Origin: Chitinophagaceae bacterium
GTDB taxonomy: Bacteria; Bacteroidota; Bacteroidia; Chitinophagales; Chitinophagaceae
Direction of reading: 5' to 3'
DNA: 24,000 nt
Assembly: GCA_035628135.1 (NCBI GenBank)
Contig: DASPKM010000011.1
Coordinates: forward strand, 169,093-193,092
The notes beneath the pieces are model-generated. The model made no database searches, was not told the DNA's origin, and was given only the letters and a program-made list of their open reading frames with translations. The position numbers were made by a program, and so were the translations under genes. Shown here in pieces: positions 9,482 through 17,937 of this stretch. The first letter of the stretch is position 1; every line of letters begins with the position of its first letter.

Positions 9482-9505
9482 TCCCCGCAACTGCGGGGAT
9501 TTTTT
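9482..9505. terminator. Bidirectional intrinsic terminator shared by the convergent sigma-factor and dsbD genes
   Basis: The hairpin is tccccgc-aact-gcgggga (9482-9499). It is followed by TTTTTT on the plus strand and preceded by TTAAAA, which gives ATTTTAATT on the minus strand. It lies 7 nt beyond the dsbD stop. Confidence 0.7.
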
Positions 9506-9511
9506 ATTGAA

Positions 9512-11467
9512 TTATTTTTTTTCGGCAATCGACCGGTAGGCATCTAACCCCGACTGCAGCCAGGCCGCATACTCCTCCGCATCCGGCATATAACCCACGG
9601 GAAGGTTCATCAATTTCTCCGAAGGACTAAGAATGACATACAATGGTTGTGATGCATTGCGGAAATTCTCGGTCTGGAAAGTGGCGTATTTGTCGCCGAC
9701 CGTCCTGATGGTTTTTACCGAACCGTCTGCCGATCTATATTGTTGCTGGTCTTTTGCCGGCAACGTCATGCGATCATCCACGTACAGCGATACCAGGATG
9801 AAGTGCTGGTCAATGATCGATTTGACGATTTGTTGCGTCCAGACATTCTCCTCCATTTTACGGCAGTTCACGCAAGCCCAACCGGTAAAGTCGATCAATA
9901 TCGGCTTGTTGGTCTGTTTGGCCAACTGCAACGCTTTTTCATAATCATTCACTACATCCGGCTCAACACCCTTTTCATTTTCTTCATCGTGCGCATAAAT
10001 ACTGTAAGTAAGCGGCGGCGGCAAGCCACTGATGAGCGGGCGGTTTGCGTATTTGGTATTGGTAAGGCCGGGAACAAGGTATAATGTAAACGCAAGAAAT
10101 GCCAACCCGGTAAAGATCCTGCCCTTGCTCAATTTTGCGGGCGGTGGGTCGTGCTTAAATTTCAATATGCCAAACAGGTAAAGTACGGTGGCAAGTCCTA
10201 ATAATATCCATATAGCAAAGAACGTCTCCCGTTTAAGGATACCCCAGTGCATTACAAGGTCGGCATTGGAAAAGAATTTGATCATCAGCGCCAGTTCCAC
10301 AAAGGCAAATACAATTTTTACCGTGTTCATCCAACTGCCGGAACGCGGTAAAGACGAAAGCCATCTTGGAAACATCGCAAACAAACCAAATGGCAAGCCG
10401 AGCGCCAACCCAAAACCGGCCATGGCAACCGTCAATTGTACCGCTCCTCCATCATCGTTCAAAGCGCCAAACAGCAGCGATCCCAATATAGGGCCGGTGC
10501 AGGAGAACGATACAATGGCCAGTGTAAGCGCCATGAAAAATATACCACCCAGGCTACCGATCCCCGATTTTGCACCTACTTTGTTGGCCACCGCGCCGGG
10601 CAATGCTATTTCGAAAAGGCCAAAAAATGAAAGTGCAAAAACCAGGAAAACTACCGAAAAGAAGATATTGAGCCAGGCATTGGTAGATATATTATTCAGT
10701 ATCGCTGAATTGCCGGCGTCCAGGAAATAAAACGGAATGCTCAGCAGCACATAGATCAGGAAAATAAAAAAGCCATACATAAAGGCATTGAACACGCCCC
10801 GCTTGCTGTTGCCGGATTGTTTGATGAAAAATGAAACCGTAAGCGGTATCATCGGAAAGGTACAAGGCATGATCAACCCCAACAATCCCCCGATGATCCC
10901 CAGAATGAATATCCTCCACAAGGTATTGGACCCTTCCACACCGGTGCCGCCTTTAAATACCACAGGGGCTTTAAGGTCGATGGTCGGGATCTTTATCCGC
11001 GCTTTGGAAGCCACGCCACCTTCAAGGGCTACGGTGAAAGGAAATGGGTTGAGGGCATAAAACTCTTCTCCCTTGCCATAGGTAAAGTTCATAGTGCCGA
11101 TAAGCCGTGCCGGCACTGTACCTTTTATGTTGATGGTGAAAACAAAATTGGCTTCGCCTTCATAAACTTTGAAAGCTGCATTGTCGAACAGGGGATTGGT
11201 TATGCTGGTGGTAGCGCCGGCTTCGCCGAAAGGTTTTTGCACGGTAATGTTGGAATCGGCAATCACCAACTCGGCGGCAGGCACTTCGCTGATAACTTCA
11301 TTGGGTGAGTATAATTGCCATCCTTTTACACCAGCGGTGCGGAATGACAATTCATATTTTCCTTCGCCGATCTTCTTACTCGCAATGTCCCATTTGTAAA
11401 AGGCGGCATCCTGGGCAAGGCCCGCAAACGAGAGCAAAAAACCAAGCAGGGTAAAAAGTGGTCTCAT
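9512..11467 (-). CDS. dsbD: Thiol:disulfide interchange protein / protein-disulfide reductase of the DsbD type, with a Cys-less N-terminal domain, a CcdA-like TM core and a C-terminal thioredoxin domain
   Basis: The TM core carries the two conserved cysteines (IMPCTFPM and [10 protein letters not shown]). The C-terminal thioredoxin fold has the WACVNC CxxC motif. The track start at 11488 is a TTG. I prefer the ATG at 11467 ([20 protein letters not shown]), which gives a clean signal peptide. Confidence 0.9.
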   Translation of the reverse strand: MRPLFTLLGFLLSFAGLAQDAAFYKWDIASKKIGEGKYELSFRTAGVKGWQLYSPNEVISEVPAAELVIADSNITVQKPFGEAGATTSITNPLFDNAAFKVYEGEANFVFTINIKGTVPARLIGTMNFTYGKGEEFYALNPFPFTVALEGGVASKARIKIPTIDLKAPVVFKGGTGVEGSNTLWRIFILGIIGGLLGLIMPCTFPMIPLTVSFFIKQSGNSKRGVFNAFMYGFFIFLIYVLLSIPFYFLDAGNSAILNNISTNAWLNIFFSVVFLVFALSFFGLFEIALPGAVANKVGAKSGIGSLGGIFFMALTLAIVSFSCTGPILGSLLFGALNDDGGAVQLTVAMAGFGLALGLPFGLFAMFPRWLSSLPRSGSWMNTVKIVFAFVELALMIKFFSNADLVMHWGILKRETFFAIWILLGLATVLYLFGILKFKHDPPPAKLSKGRIFTGLAFLAFTLYLVPGLTNTKYANRPLISGLPPPLTYSIYAHDEENEKGVEPDVVNDYEKALQLAKQTNKPILIDFTGWACVNCRKMEENVWTQQIVKSIIDQHFILVSLYVDDRMTLPAKDQQQYRSADGSVKTIRTVGDKYATFQTENFRNASQPLYVILSPSEKLMNLPVGYMPDAEEYAAWLQSGLDAYRSIAEKK

Positions 11468-11490
11468 GAAAGTGAAGTAAAAAGCCAAAC

Positions 11491-11558
11491 GTGAAAAGTC
11501 AAAAGTAAGAGATTCGCATTCACGCCCGCTTTTCAGTTTTCACTTTTAACTTTTGACC
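11491..11558. repeat. Intercistronic palindrome whose arms are tandem 7-mers (GTNAAAA)
   Basis: The left arm is gtgaaaa-gtcaaaa-gtaagag (11491-11511). The reverse complement of the right arm (11528-11558) is gtcaaaa-gttaaaa-gtgaaaa-ctgaaaa. Several pairing registers are possible; 11491-11506 against 11528-11543 matches at 13 of 16 positions. Confidence 0.6.
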
Positions 11559-11576
11559 TCAACGCTAAGCCTGTGA

Positions 11577-12026
11577 TTAACCCCCGATATTTATCTTGAA
11601 ATCAACAGCCGCGGGTGGAAGGCATCTTGAATCGTTGCAGACCATAAACTCTACTTTTCCGGCCAGGTTGGTCTTTCCCTTTCCTTTTAATTTTACAACC
11701 TGGATGAAGCTGACGGTATTTTCATAATACTTCACTTCGGAATCGAAGCTTTTTTCAAATACCTTTTTCAGTTTTCCTGATTCCTTCACCTTGCCTTCCA
11801 GGTTGAGCAGCGGATTTTTGGCAAACGTAAAGGCGGTGGCGAATGGTCCGTCGCCCGCATCTTGTGAGTAGATATGCCAGTCGTCGTTTACCCTGGCGGT
11901 CATGTGAATTTCATAGGTATTCTCGGAGATCTTTTTCGCTGCAAATGTCCACTGCACCTCTTTATCGGACTGGGCTAATAAACTGCTTGTGATAAAGAGC
12001 GCGAAAATTGGTAATAAATACTTCAT
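11577..12026 (-). CDS. Stand-alone periplasmic DsbD N-terminal (alpha) domain-like protein that retains a cysteine pair
   Basis: 149 aa with signal peptide MKYLLPIFALFITSSLLAQ. It is paralogous to the N-terminus of the downstream DsbD (VQWTFAAKKISENTYEIHMTARVNDDWHIYS versus [31 protein letters not shown]). Its only two cysteines sit in EFMVCNDSRCLPP, which resembles the E. coli nDsbD C-x5-C-YPP active site. Confidence 0.8.
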   Translation of the reverse strand: MKYLLPIFALFITSSLLAQSDKEVQWTFAAKKISENTYEIHMTARVNDDWHIYSQDAGDGPFATAFTFAKNPLLNLEGKVKESGKLKKVFEKSFDSEVKYYENTVSFIQVVKLKGKGKTNLAGKVEFMVCNDSRCLPPAAVDFKINIGG

Positions 12027-12111
12027 GCAATTCTGTATTTAGGTATCTGAATCGAAGGCCCAAAATTCGGGGTTAGTATCCTAAAATTTTTCTAAAAAAC
12101 CGTTCATTGCG

Positions 12112-12795
12112 TTAAGCAAGCGATAAAACAGGCTTCATCAGGAGTGTTTCCAGGATAATACGCCCGTCCACGTTTCCCAGTGCGGGAGAGCAGGCCCTTT
12201 CGGGGTGTGGCATCATCCCGAAAACGTTGCGGTTTTCGTTGGTTATGCCTGCGATGTTGCGGGAAGCGCCGTTCGGGTTGGCCCCGGGTGTGATATTGCC
12301 CTGTTCATCGCAATAGCGGTAAATGACCTGTCCATTGGATTCCAAACGGTCGAGCACGCTTTCGTCGGCATAGTAGCGGCCCTCTCCATGGGCAATGGGT
12401 ATTTTCAGCGGCTTGTCTTCGGAGCCCAGGCCTTTGAGGTAAACATTTTTGCAGATGTATTGCTGGTTGGTATTGCGCATGAGCACACCGGGCAGCAAAT
12501 GGCTTTCACAAAGAATCTGGAAGCCGTTACAAACCCCGAACACCTTACCGCCTTTTTCCGCGAACTCGATCACGCTTTGCATCATGGGGCTGAACCGTGC
12601 GATGGCGCCGCAACGCATGTAATCGCCATAAGAAAAACCGCCGGGAAGTATGATGCAGTCCGAAGTGTTGAATGCGCTAAGGTCTTTGTCCTTATGCCAT
12701 AGCATGATCACTTCCTTGTTCAGGTCGTTCTGCAATGCATCCTGCATATCTCTGTCGCAATTAGAGCCTGGAAAAACAACAATACCGAATTTCAT
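12112..12795 (-). CDS. purQ: Phosphoribosylformylglycinamidine synthase subunit PurQ (glutaminase)
   Basis: 227 aa. The sequence MKFGIVVFPGSNCDRD...LPGGFSYGDY...GVCNGFQIL...MMPHPER carries the class-I amidotransferase Cys-His-Glu triad context typical of PurQ. Confidence 0.93.
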   Translation of the reverse strand: MKFGIVVFPGSNCDRDMQDALQNDLNKEVIMLWHKDKDLSAFNTSDCIILPGGFSYGDYMRCGAIARFSPMMQSVIEFAEKGGKVFGVCNGFQILCESHLLPGVLMRNTNQQYICKNVYLKGLGSEDKPLKIPIAHGEGRYYADESVLDRLESNGQVIYRYCDEQGNITPGANPNGASRNIAGITNENRNVFGMMPHPERACSPALGNVDGRIILETLLMKPVLSLA

Positions 12796-12822
12796 GCCGC
12801 AAAGATAAATTTTATTGGCCGA

Positions 12823-13815
12823 TTAGGCGGGCGCTATGACCCTGTACATTAATATTATAACATATCCGAACGTAATCCAATGGAGGACGGCCGCGAATAT
12901 ACGTTGCGATGGAAAATAATAAGCCGAAGCATGAAATGCCGCAAACGGAAGGGCCGTGAGCATCCAGTTGGAATATTCGCTGTCATCGTTCATAAAAATT
13001 ACCGAGGCCGCTAACATTAAAAACAATAGCAACAAACTCCAGCCCTTGCGCACCTGTATGAGCATTTTGTTCAAGTTATTCTGCACGAAGAACCCGCCCA
13101 GTATAAAGGGCAGCACCAGCAATGCGATGCTGATGGTGGTCCATACCGAAGTGGGCAGGGCCGGCAGGCGCAATCGAACGGAAGGGGTAATAATGTTCCA
13201 GTTCCAGGTGCCGGCGAGGTATAGGAATATAAAAAGAAAATAATAGGGCGTGGTAACGCCCAGCAACCCGATGATCCATTCGCGGATGCGAAAAGGCCGC
13301 ATGATGATGAGCGCAAACAATACCAGCAATGTAAATACGATCGAGGGAAAGTACAGCATAGAGCACACGCCTATCAATATGCCGATGTTGAAAATGGCGG
13401 CGCCCGGCTGCTGCGTATTGTACAGGTTCAGCATCCTGTACAATGCCCAAACCATCAGCAGGTTTACCAGCAACGGCGCTGAAAAATAGCTCCAGGATGG
13501 TATGAGCGAAGTAACAAGCATAAGGGCCATGCCCGCCAGGAAATTGGGCTTGGGAAAAAACTTATGATGGTTGACGATCCTGTTGAACAAAGAAGCCTGC
13601 AGAAATAAGACAATGAACGAGATAAAAGAAAATATCAAACCGGAGCTGCCTGCAAACGGCAGCAGGAAGCTAAGCACTTTTGAGTATAGATAGCTGTCTG
13701 TTGGGGACGCCACCGGAAGCCTGGGATACAGGAAAATTGGAAACTTCAGGATCAACGCATATATCAGGAGCAAAAAAGCATTTCCCGGATTTTTGCGCTT
13801 GAATAGTCCTACCAA
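12823..13815 (-). CDS. Polytopic integral membrane protein of unknown function
   Basis: 330-aa ORF that is hydrophobic throughout, with about 9-10 predicted TM segments. It is packed tightly between neighbouring minus-strand genes, with gaps of 22 and 27 nt. Confidence 0.7.
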   Translation of the reverse strand: MVGLFKRKNPGNAFLLLIYALILKFPIFLYPRLPVASPTDSYLYSKVLSFLLPFAGSSGLIFSFISFIVLFLQASLFNRIVNHHKFFPKPNFLAGMALMLVTSLIPSWSYFSAPLLVNLLMVWALYRMLNLYNTQQPGAAIFNIGILIGVCSMLYFPSIVFTLLVLFALIIMRPFRIREWIIGLLGVTTPYYFLFIFLYLAGTWNWNIITPSVRLRLPALPTSVWTTISIALLVLPFILGGFFVQNNLNKMLIQVRKGWSLLLLFLMLAASVIFMNDDSEYSNWMLTALPFAAFHASAYYFPSQRIFAAVLHWITFGYVIILMYRVIAPA

Positions 13816-13837
13816 TGGCGCTAGATTTTCCGCTAAA

Positions 13838-15370
13838 TTAGAACTCCACTTTTGCGAAACAAAGATAATTTCTGTACGTACAAGGAACGATCATCTCCCA
13901 GGCGCTCACCTGCTTGCCATGCCGCGGCATGAATTCATATCCTTTATCAAGGTTTTTGAGCGTGGGATAACGCGTAATTTTTCCATCGGGACCGATGCTC
14001 TGGTCGCTTAGCATAAGATTTTTCCGCTCGTATTGATTGAACAGGAAGTGCAGTTCGCCGCCAGTATTCATGATCTGGTGCGAGATGAGGTTATCGGTCT
14101 CATCATCGTACTGGCTTTTGGGAATTACATTGCTCCACGCCACCTTGCCGTCTTTATCGAACGAAAGGATCATGATGTTTTCCGCGTGGTAGCGTGTTGC
14201 CTGGTTAGTGTTCCAGCGGTTCCAGGGCGAATACCAGGGACTGTATAACGGTGAATAATAATAGTAATCCACGGGCGAAAGCCAGGGATTGTTCCAGCGC
14301 ATATAATCCCAGCGGTTGAATGCGCCGCCGCGGCTGGTGGTGTACTGCGATTCGCTGATGAGCAGGAACCCGCCGTCTTTCTTGGTTATGATGTTGTTGA
14401 TGAAATAATCGTTGAAGGCCATGCGCTGGTTCGCATCGGAGCTCTTGGCCAATGACCTAAGTTCATCGTTGAATACGATGAATGATTCTTTGTGCAATGC
14501 GCGGCTTCCTTTGTCCCAGGTGGCCGCGTACAGTCCTTCTATGTTACCCCTGCGCTGTTTGTAATAGAATGCAGTGAACAAATAGCGGCGGTTGGTATTG
14601 TCTACCTTGATCTTTACCTCGTCGAGCATTTTATCGCCTGTGCTCAGCTCGCGCACTAAAAAGCTATCGGATCCTGACGGCTTCGATACCAGTGAGACTT
14701 TTGAAATATAGTTGTTGGAATTGGTGCGTTCGAGCTTGCCGAATACAAGGTCGCCTTCGTTATCGAGCAGGAAATCGGTGAAGTAGTCGTTCCTTTCTTC
14801 CATCGGAAGCCAAAGGCGCTGCTTATCCACGATCAGCTTCATGTTGTTATCGAACAGCAGGGTGGTGAACAAAAAGTTCTTCTGGTTCTTGCTGTTGATC
14901 TTGAACACCATGATCTTTTGCTTATCGTCGCTGACCAGGGTGGTATATATTTTATTATTGGCGGCCCATCCTATCTGGGTGGTGTCCAGGTCAACCGGCT
15001 CGCCTATAGGTTTGCCTTTACTGTCTATTCTTACCATGCTGCAATGCACTACGTTCTTGCGCTGGTATTGGTAGATCATGTAAGCCACCTCGGGATAGGC
15101 GATAAAGTCGATGTTGATCCAGCGGTCGGGCAGGAACTCCAGCGGCACCCGGTTGATCATCTTCATATCATTGTCGTAGATGCTGATGGAGTTATCGGTA
15201 CGGTTTCCCTTGAAGATCAGGTAATTGCCATCCATTTTGCCAATGATCTCGAAATTGGTGCGGCGGCTGTCTTCCCGTTCCGGTTCGGAATAGCTGATCC
15301 TTTGGGCGGAAAGGCTGATGGGCAGCAACCCCAACAGCAAGCAGGAAATGACAAGGCAAACTAATCGCAT
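13838..15370 (-). CDS. Secreted hypothetical protein, probably a repeated beta-sheet or propeller-like fold, with an aromatic-rich insert
   Basis: The track ORF runs to 15439. I prefer the ATG at 15368-15370 (MRLVCLVISCLLLGLLPISLSAQ), which gives a signal peptide. Hydrophobic strand motifs recur (YLIFKG, IMVFKIN, DLVFGKL, YLFTAFYY, GFLLISES, IMILSFDKDG, ELHFLFNQ). I recognise no family. Confidence 0.7.
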   Translation of the reverse strand: MRLVCLVISCLLLGLLPISLSAQRISYSEPEREDSRRTNFEIIGKMDGNYLIFKGNRTDNSISIYDNDMKMINRVPLEFLPDRWINIDFIAYPEVAYMIYQYQRKNVVHCSMVRIDSKGKPIGEPVDLDTTQIGWAANNKIYTTLVSDDKQKIMVFKINSKNQKNFLFTTLLFDNNMKLIVDKQRLWLPMEERNDYFTDFLLDNEGDLVFGKLERTNSNNYISKVSLVSKPSGSDSFLVRELSTGDKMLDEVKIKVDNTNRRYLFTAFYYKQRRGNIEGLYAATWDKGSRALHKESFIVFNDELRSLAKSSDANQRMAFNDYFINNIITKKDGGFLLISESQYTTSRGGAFNRWDYMRWNNPWLSPVDYYYYSPLYSPWYSPWNRWNTNQATRYHAENIMILSFDKDGKVAWSNVIPKSQYDDETDNLISHQIMNTGGELHFLFNQYERKNLMLSDQSIGPDGKITRYPTLKNLDKGYEFMPRHGKQVSAWEMIVPCTYRNYLCFAKVEF

Positions 15371-15546
15371 AACATCTCTTTTTTCAACTAGTAATAAATT
15401 AGCCGAAACTGGCCGAAAGTTAGGTAAAACTTGCTTCAAATAAATTGACAGAATGGGTGAATGGTTAACGCAAAATTACGCTTCAAAGACGGTACGGGTT
15501 GTGGCAAAGTTGTATATAAATGGCGCGGGCGCTGAATTAACAATTA

Positions 15547-15576
15547 TTTGTTTTGTTGTTTTTACGGCTACCTTTG
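15547..15576 (+). promoter_or_regulatory. Candidate Bacteroidota sigma-A promoter for kup
   Basis: TTTG at 15547-15550 and an exact TAnnTTTG match (TACCTTTG) at 15569-15576, separated by an 18-nt spacer. The -7 box ends about 70 nt upstream of the kup GTG. Confidence 0.4.
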
Positions 15577-15580
15577 TTCC

Positions 15581-15604
15581 GGCGTCGGTAAGTAAACCGA
15601 TGCC
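15581..15604 (+). promoter_or_regulatory. Leader hairpin at the 5' end of the kup transcript
   Basis: The hairpin is ggcgtcgg-taagtaaa-ccgatgcc, an 8-bp stem with one G-U pair, followed by TTATTTGTT. Confidence 0.3.
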
Positions 15605-15647
15605 TTATTTGTTATCAACCCTCTGATAAACAGCTCAAGCTTTAAAC

Positions 15648-17627
15648 GTGGGTAAACAGACTAACAGCGTTACAACGGCAGGACTTTTAGTTGCGTTGGG
15701 CATAATTTACGGAGATATAGGAACCTCACCCCTTTACGTATTCAATGCCATTGTAAAAGACAGGGTGATAGACGATGTCCTGATCATCGGCAGCCTTTCG
15801 TGTATCATTTGGACACTCACGCTTCAAACCACTTTAAAATATGTATGGCTGGTGTTGCGGGCCGATAACCGCGGCGAGGGCGGCACTTTTGCGCTCTATG
15901 CCCTGGTGCGCAGGCAGCGGCGCTGGCTTATTATCCCGGCCATTATCGGCGGCGCCTCGCTGCTGGCGGATGGCATTATTACACCACCCATCTCCATTAC
16001 TTCCGCGATAGAAGGTTTGCGGGAACTGAAGGAACTGCACGAGATGCAGCAAAGCACCATTGTGTACATAGTGCTGGGCATTATTGCCGCTTTCTTTTTC
16101 CTGCAACAGTTTGGAACGGCGTCCATCGGCCGCATGTTCGGTCCTATTATGATGGTGTGGTTCACCATGCTGGCGGTACTGGGCATCTGGCATGTGTTCG
16201 ATGACCTGAGCATATTCAAGGCGCTTAATCCTTATTATGCCATACAGTTCCTGGTAAAATACCCCGGCGGTTTCTGGTTGCTGGGCGCGGTATTCCTTTG
16301 TACCACGGGGGCGGAGGCATTGTATTCCGACCTGGGGCATTGTGGGCGGAATAACATCCGTACGTCGTGGATATATGTAAAGACCTGCCTGCTACTTAAC
16401 TATTTCGGCCAGGGGGCTTATATGCTGTCGCAATTGTATGGCAAGCGCATTGCTGAAGATTTTAAAGAGGCTAACGGCATCAATGCGTTTTACGACCTTA
16501 TGCCGCAATGGTTTGTGATACCGGGCGTTGTGATTGCCACGGCCGCGGCCATCATTGCGAGCCAGGCCATGATATCGGGTTCTTTTACGCTTATCAGCGA
16601 GGCCATGCGGTTGAACCTCTGGCCAAAGGTGCGCATCAATTATCCTTCGGAAGAGAGAGGGCAATTGTTCATATCCGCTATCAATATTATGATGTTCCTT
16701 GGGTGTTCGGGCGTGGTATTGTTCTTCAAGGAATCGTCGAACATGGAAGCGGCTTATGGACTGGCTATTATCATCACGATGCTGATGACCACCATTTTGT
16801 TTGCAAACTTCATGGTGTCGCGGCGGATACGGTCGATATGGATCTACCTGTTTTTGGCAGTGTACCTGACGGTAGAGATTGCATTCCTTGTGGCCAATGC
16901 CGAAAAATTCCCGCATGGCGGTTATGCTACGTTTATCGTGGGCGGTATGATGTTTTTGGTGATGTACGTGTGGTTCCGTGCGCGCAAGATCAAGAACCGT
17001 TACGTGGAATTTGTGCGGCTGGAGCATTATATTCCGCAGATACAGGAGCTTAGCAATGATAGAACAGTGCCCAAGTATGCCACGCACCTGGTATATATGA
17101 GCAGCGCCAACAATCCCAAGGAAATCGAGCACAAGATCATTTACTCCATACTGAATAAGAAACCGAAGCGCGCCGATATCTACTGGTTCGTACACGTGGA
17201 TACGGTAGACGATCCGTACACCTGCGAATACACGGTGGACCATATCATTCCCAACGATATCATTCGCGTGGAGTTCCGGCTTGGGTTCCGCATAGAGCCG
17301 CGCATCAACCTTATGTTCCGGAAGGTGGTGGAAGACCTGGTGAAGAATAAGGAGGTGAACATTACGAGCCGTTATGAAAGCCTGGAGCGCAACAATGTGG
17401 TGGGTGATTTCCAGTTTATCGTGATGGAAAAATACCTGAGCCAGGACAATGAGTTGCCGTTCTTCGAAAAAGTGATCATGAAGCTGCATTTCTGGTTGAA
17501 GGAATGGAGTTTGTCGGAAGAAAGGGGCTTTGGGCTTGACCCTGCGAGTGTGACCATCGAGAAATTCCCGCTGATAGTAGCGCCGGTGGCGGATATACGG
17601 TTGAAGCGGGTATTTGAGAATGAGTGA
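15648..17627 (+). CDS. kup: KUP/HAK/KT family potassium uptake transporter
   Basis: 659 aa with a GTG start. The N-terminal signature ALGIIYGDIGTSPLYVF and the motif GAEALYSDLGHCG are present. About 12 TM segments are followed by a cytoplasmic C-terminal domain. Confidence 0.93.
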   Translation: MGKQTNSVTTAGLLVALGIIYGDIGTSPLYVFNAIVKDRVIDDVLIIGSLSCIIWTLTLQTTLKYVWLVLRADNRGEGGTFALYALVRRQRRWLIIPAIIGGASLLADGIITPPISITSAIEGLRELKELHEMQQSTIVYIVLGIIAAFFFLQQFGTASIGRMFGPIMMVWFTMLAVLGIWHVFDDLSIFKALNPYYAIQFLVKYPGGFWLLGAVFLCTTGAEALYSDLGHCGRNNIRTSWIYVKTCLLLNYFGQGAYMLSQLYGKRIAEDFKEANGINAFYDLMPQWFVIPGVVIATAAAIIASQAMISGSFTLISEAMRLNLWPKVRINYPSEERGQLFISAINIMMFLGCSGVVLFFKESSNMEAAYGLAIIITMLMTTILFANFMVSRRIRSIWIYLFLAVYLTVEIAFLVANAEKFPHGGYATFIVGGMMFLVMYVWFRARKIKNRYVEFVRLEHYIPQIQELSNDRTVPKYATHLVYMSSANNPKEIEHKIIYSILNKKPKRADIYWFVHVDTVDDPYTCEYTVDHIIPNDIIRVEFRLGFRIEPRINLMFRKVVEDLVKNKEVNITSRYESLERNNVVGDFQFIVMEKYLSQDNELPFFEKVIMKLHFWLKEWSLSEERGFGLDPASVTIEKFPLIVAPVADIRLKRVFENE

Positions 17628-17673
17628 GGTTGCATGATCCTTCCTGTTTAAATCCTTGAATATTGTACCTTAA

Positions 17674-17888
17674 TCGGAGGTTGTCCGGATGTTCCGGGTA
17701 TACCTGTATGTTTGGATGTAGTCGCATGTACTCGGATGTAGTTGGACATATTGAACGTACTCTGATTTAATCGGACATAGTCGGATGGATTCGGATGTAC
17801 TCGGACATAGTCGGGCGTTGCCGGATGTAGCGAAGTATCCAGACGCAGTCGGACATAGTCGGCTGCACCCGGCTATATTCAGATAACA
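17674..17888. repeat. Degenerate tandem array of about 22 copies of a 10-nt unit, consensus TCGGAYRTAS
   Basis: The repeat is directly visible in the 10-column sequence layout. TCGGACATAG is exact at 17771, 17801 and 17849. TCGGATGTAG is at 17732, TCGGATGTAC at 17791 and cCGGATGTAG at 17821. Degenerate units and a few 8-9-nt units fill the remainder. TAATCGGA flanks both ends, at 17671-17678 and 17931-17938. Confidence 0.85.
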
Positions 17889-17937
17889 AGACAATTGATC
17901 CTCGTGTGATTGGTTAATCGATTAATTGGGTAATCGG

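Noticed and set aside
12112-12795. purQ as a possible orphan or pseudogene, since no purS or purL is adjacent
   Set aside because: The ORF is full length with the catalytic Cys and the His/Glu context intact. Scattered pur genes are normal in Bacteroidota.
15577-15647. Possible c-di-AMP or other riboswitch in the kup leader
   Set aside because: The leader is only about 70 nt and holds a single simple hairpin. That is too short for a ydaO/kimA-class c-di-AMP riboswitch, and I could see none of its conserved features.
16392-17489. 365-aa ORF on the minus strand inside kup, with other long antisense ORFs at 15834..16340 and 16508..17053
   Set aside because: It lies entirely antisense or out of frame to a strongly supported kup CDS. 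The translation is His/Arg/Gln-rich and of low complexity, with no recognisable motifs. This is the typical shadow ORF of a moderately GC-rich gene.
17674-17888. Possible CRISPR array or plasmid-type iteron cluster
   Set aside because: The units are 10 nt and directly abutting, with no spacers, and there are no cas genes nearby, so this is not CRISPR. No rep, par or origin genes are nearby, and the units are shorter than the usual 17-22-bp iterons.
17670-17894. 74-aa minus-strand ORF spanning the decamer array (RLCP/SE-rich translation)
   Set aside because: The reverse complement of the unit (CTACATCCGA) has no stop codon in any frame, so an open frame is an automatic by-product of the repeat. 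A 10-nt period is not a multiple of three, and no start context or protein-like composition is present.
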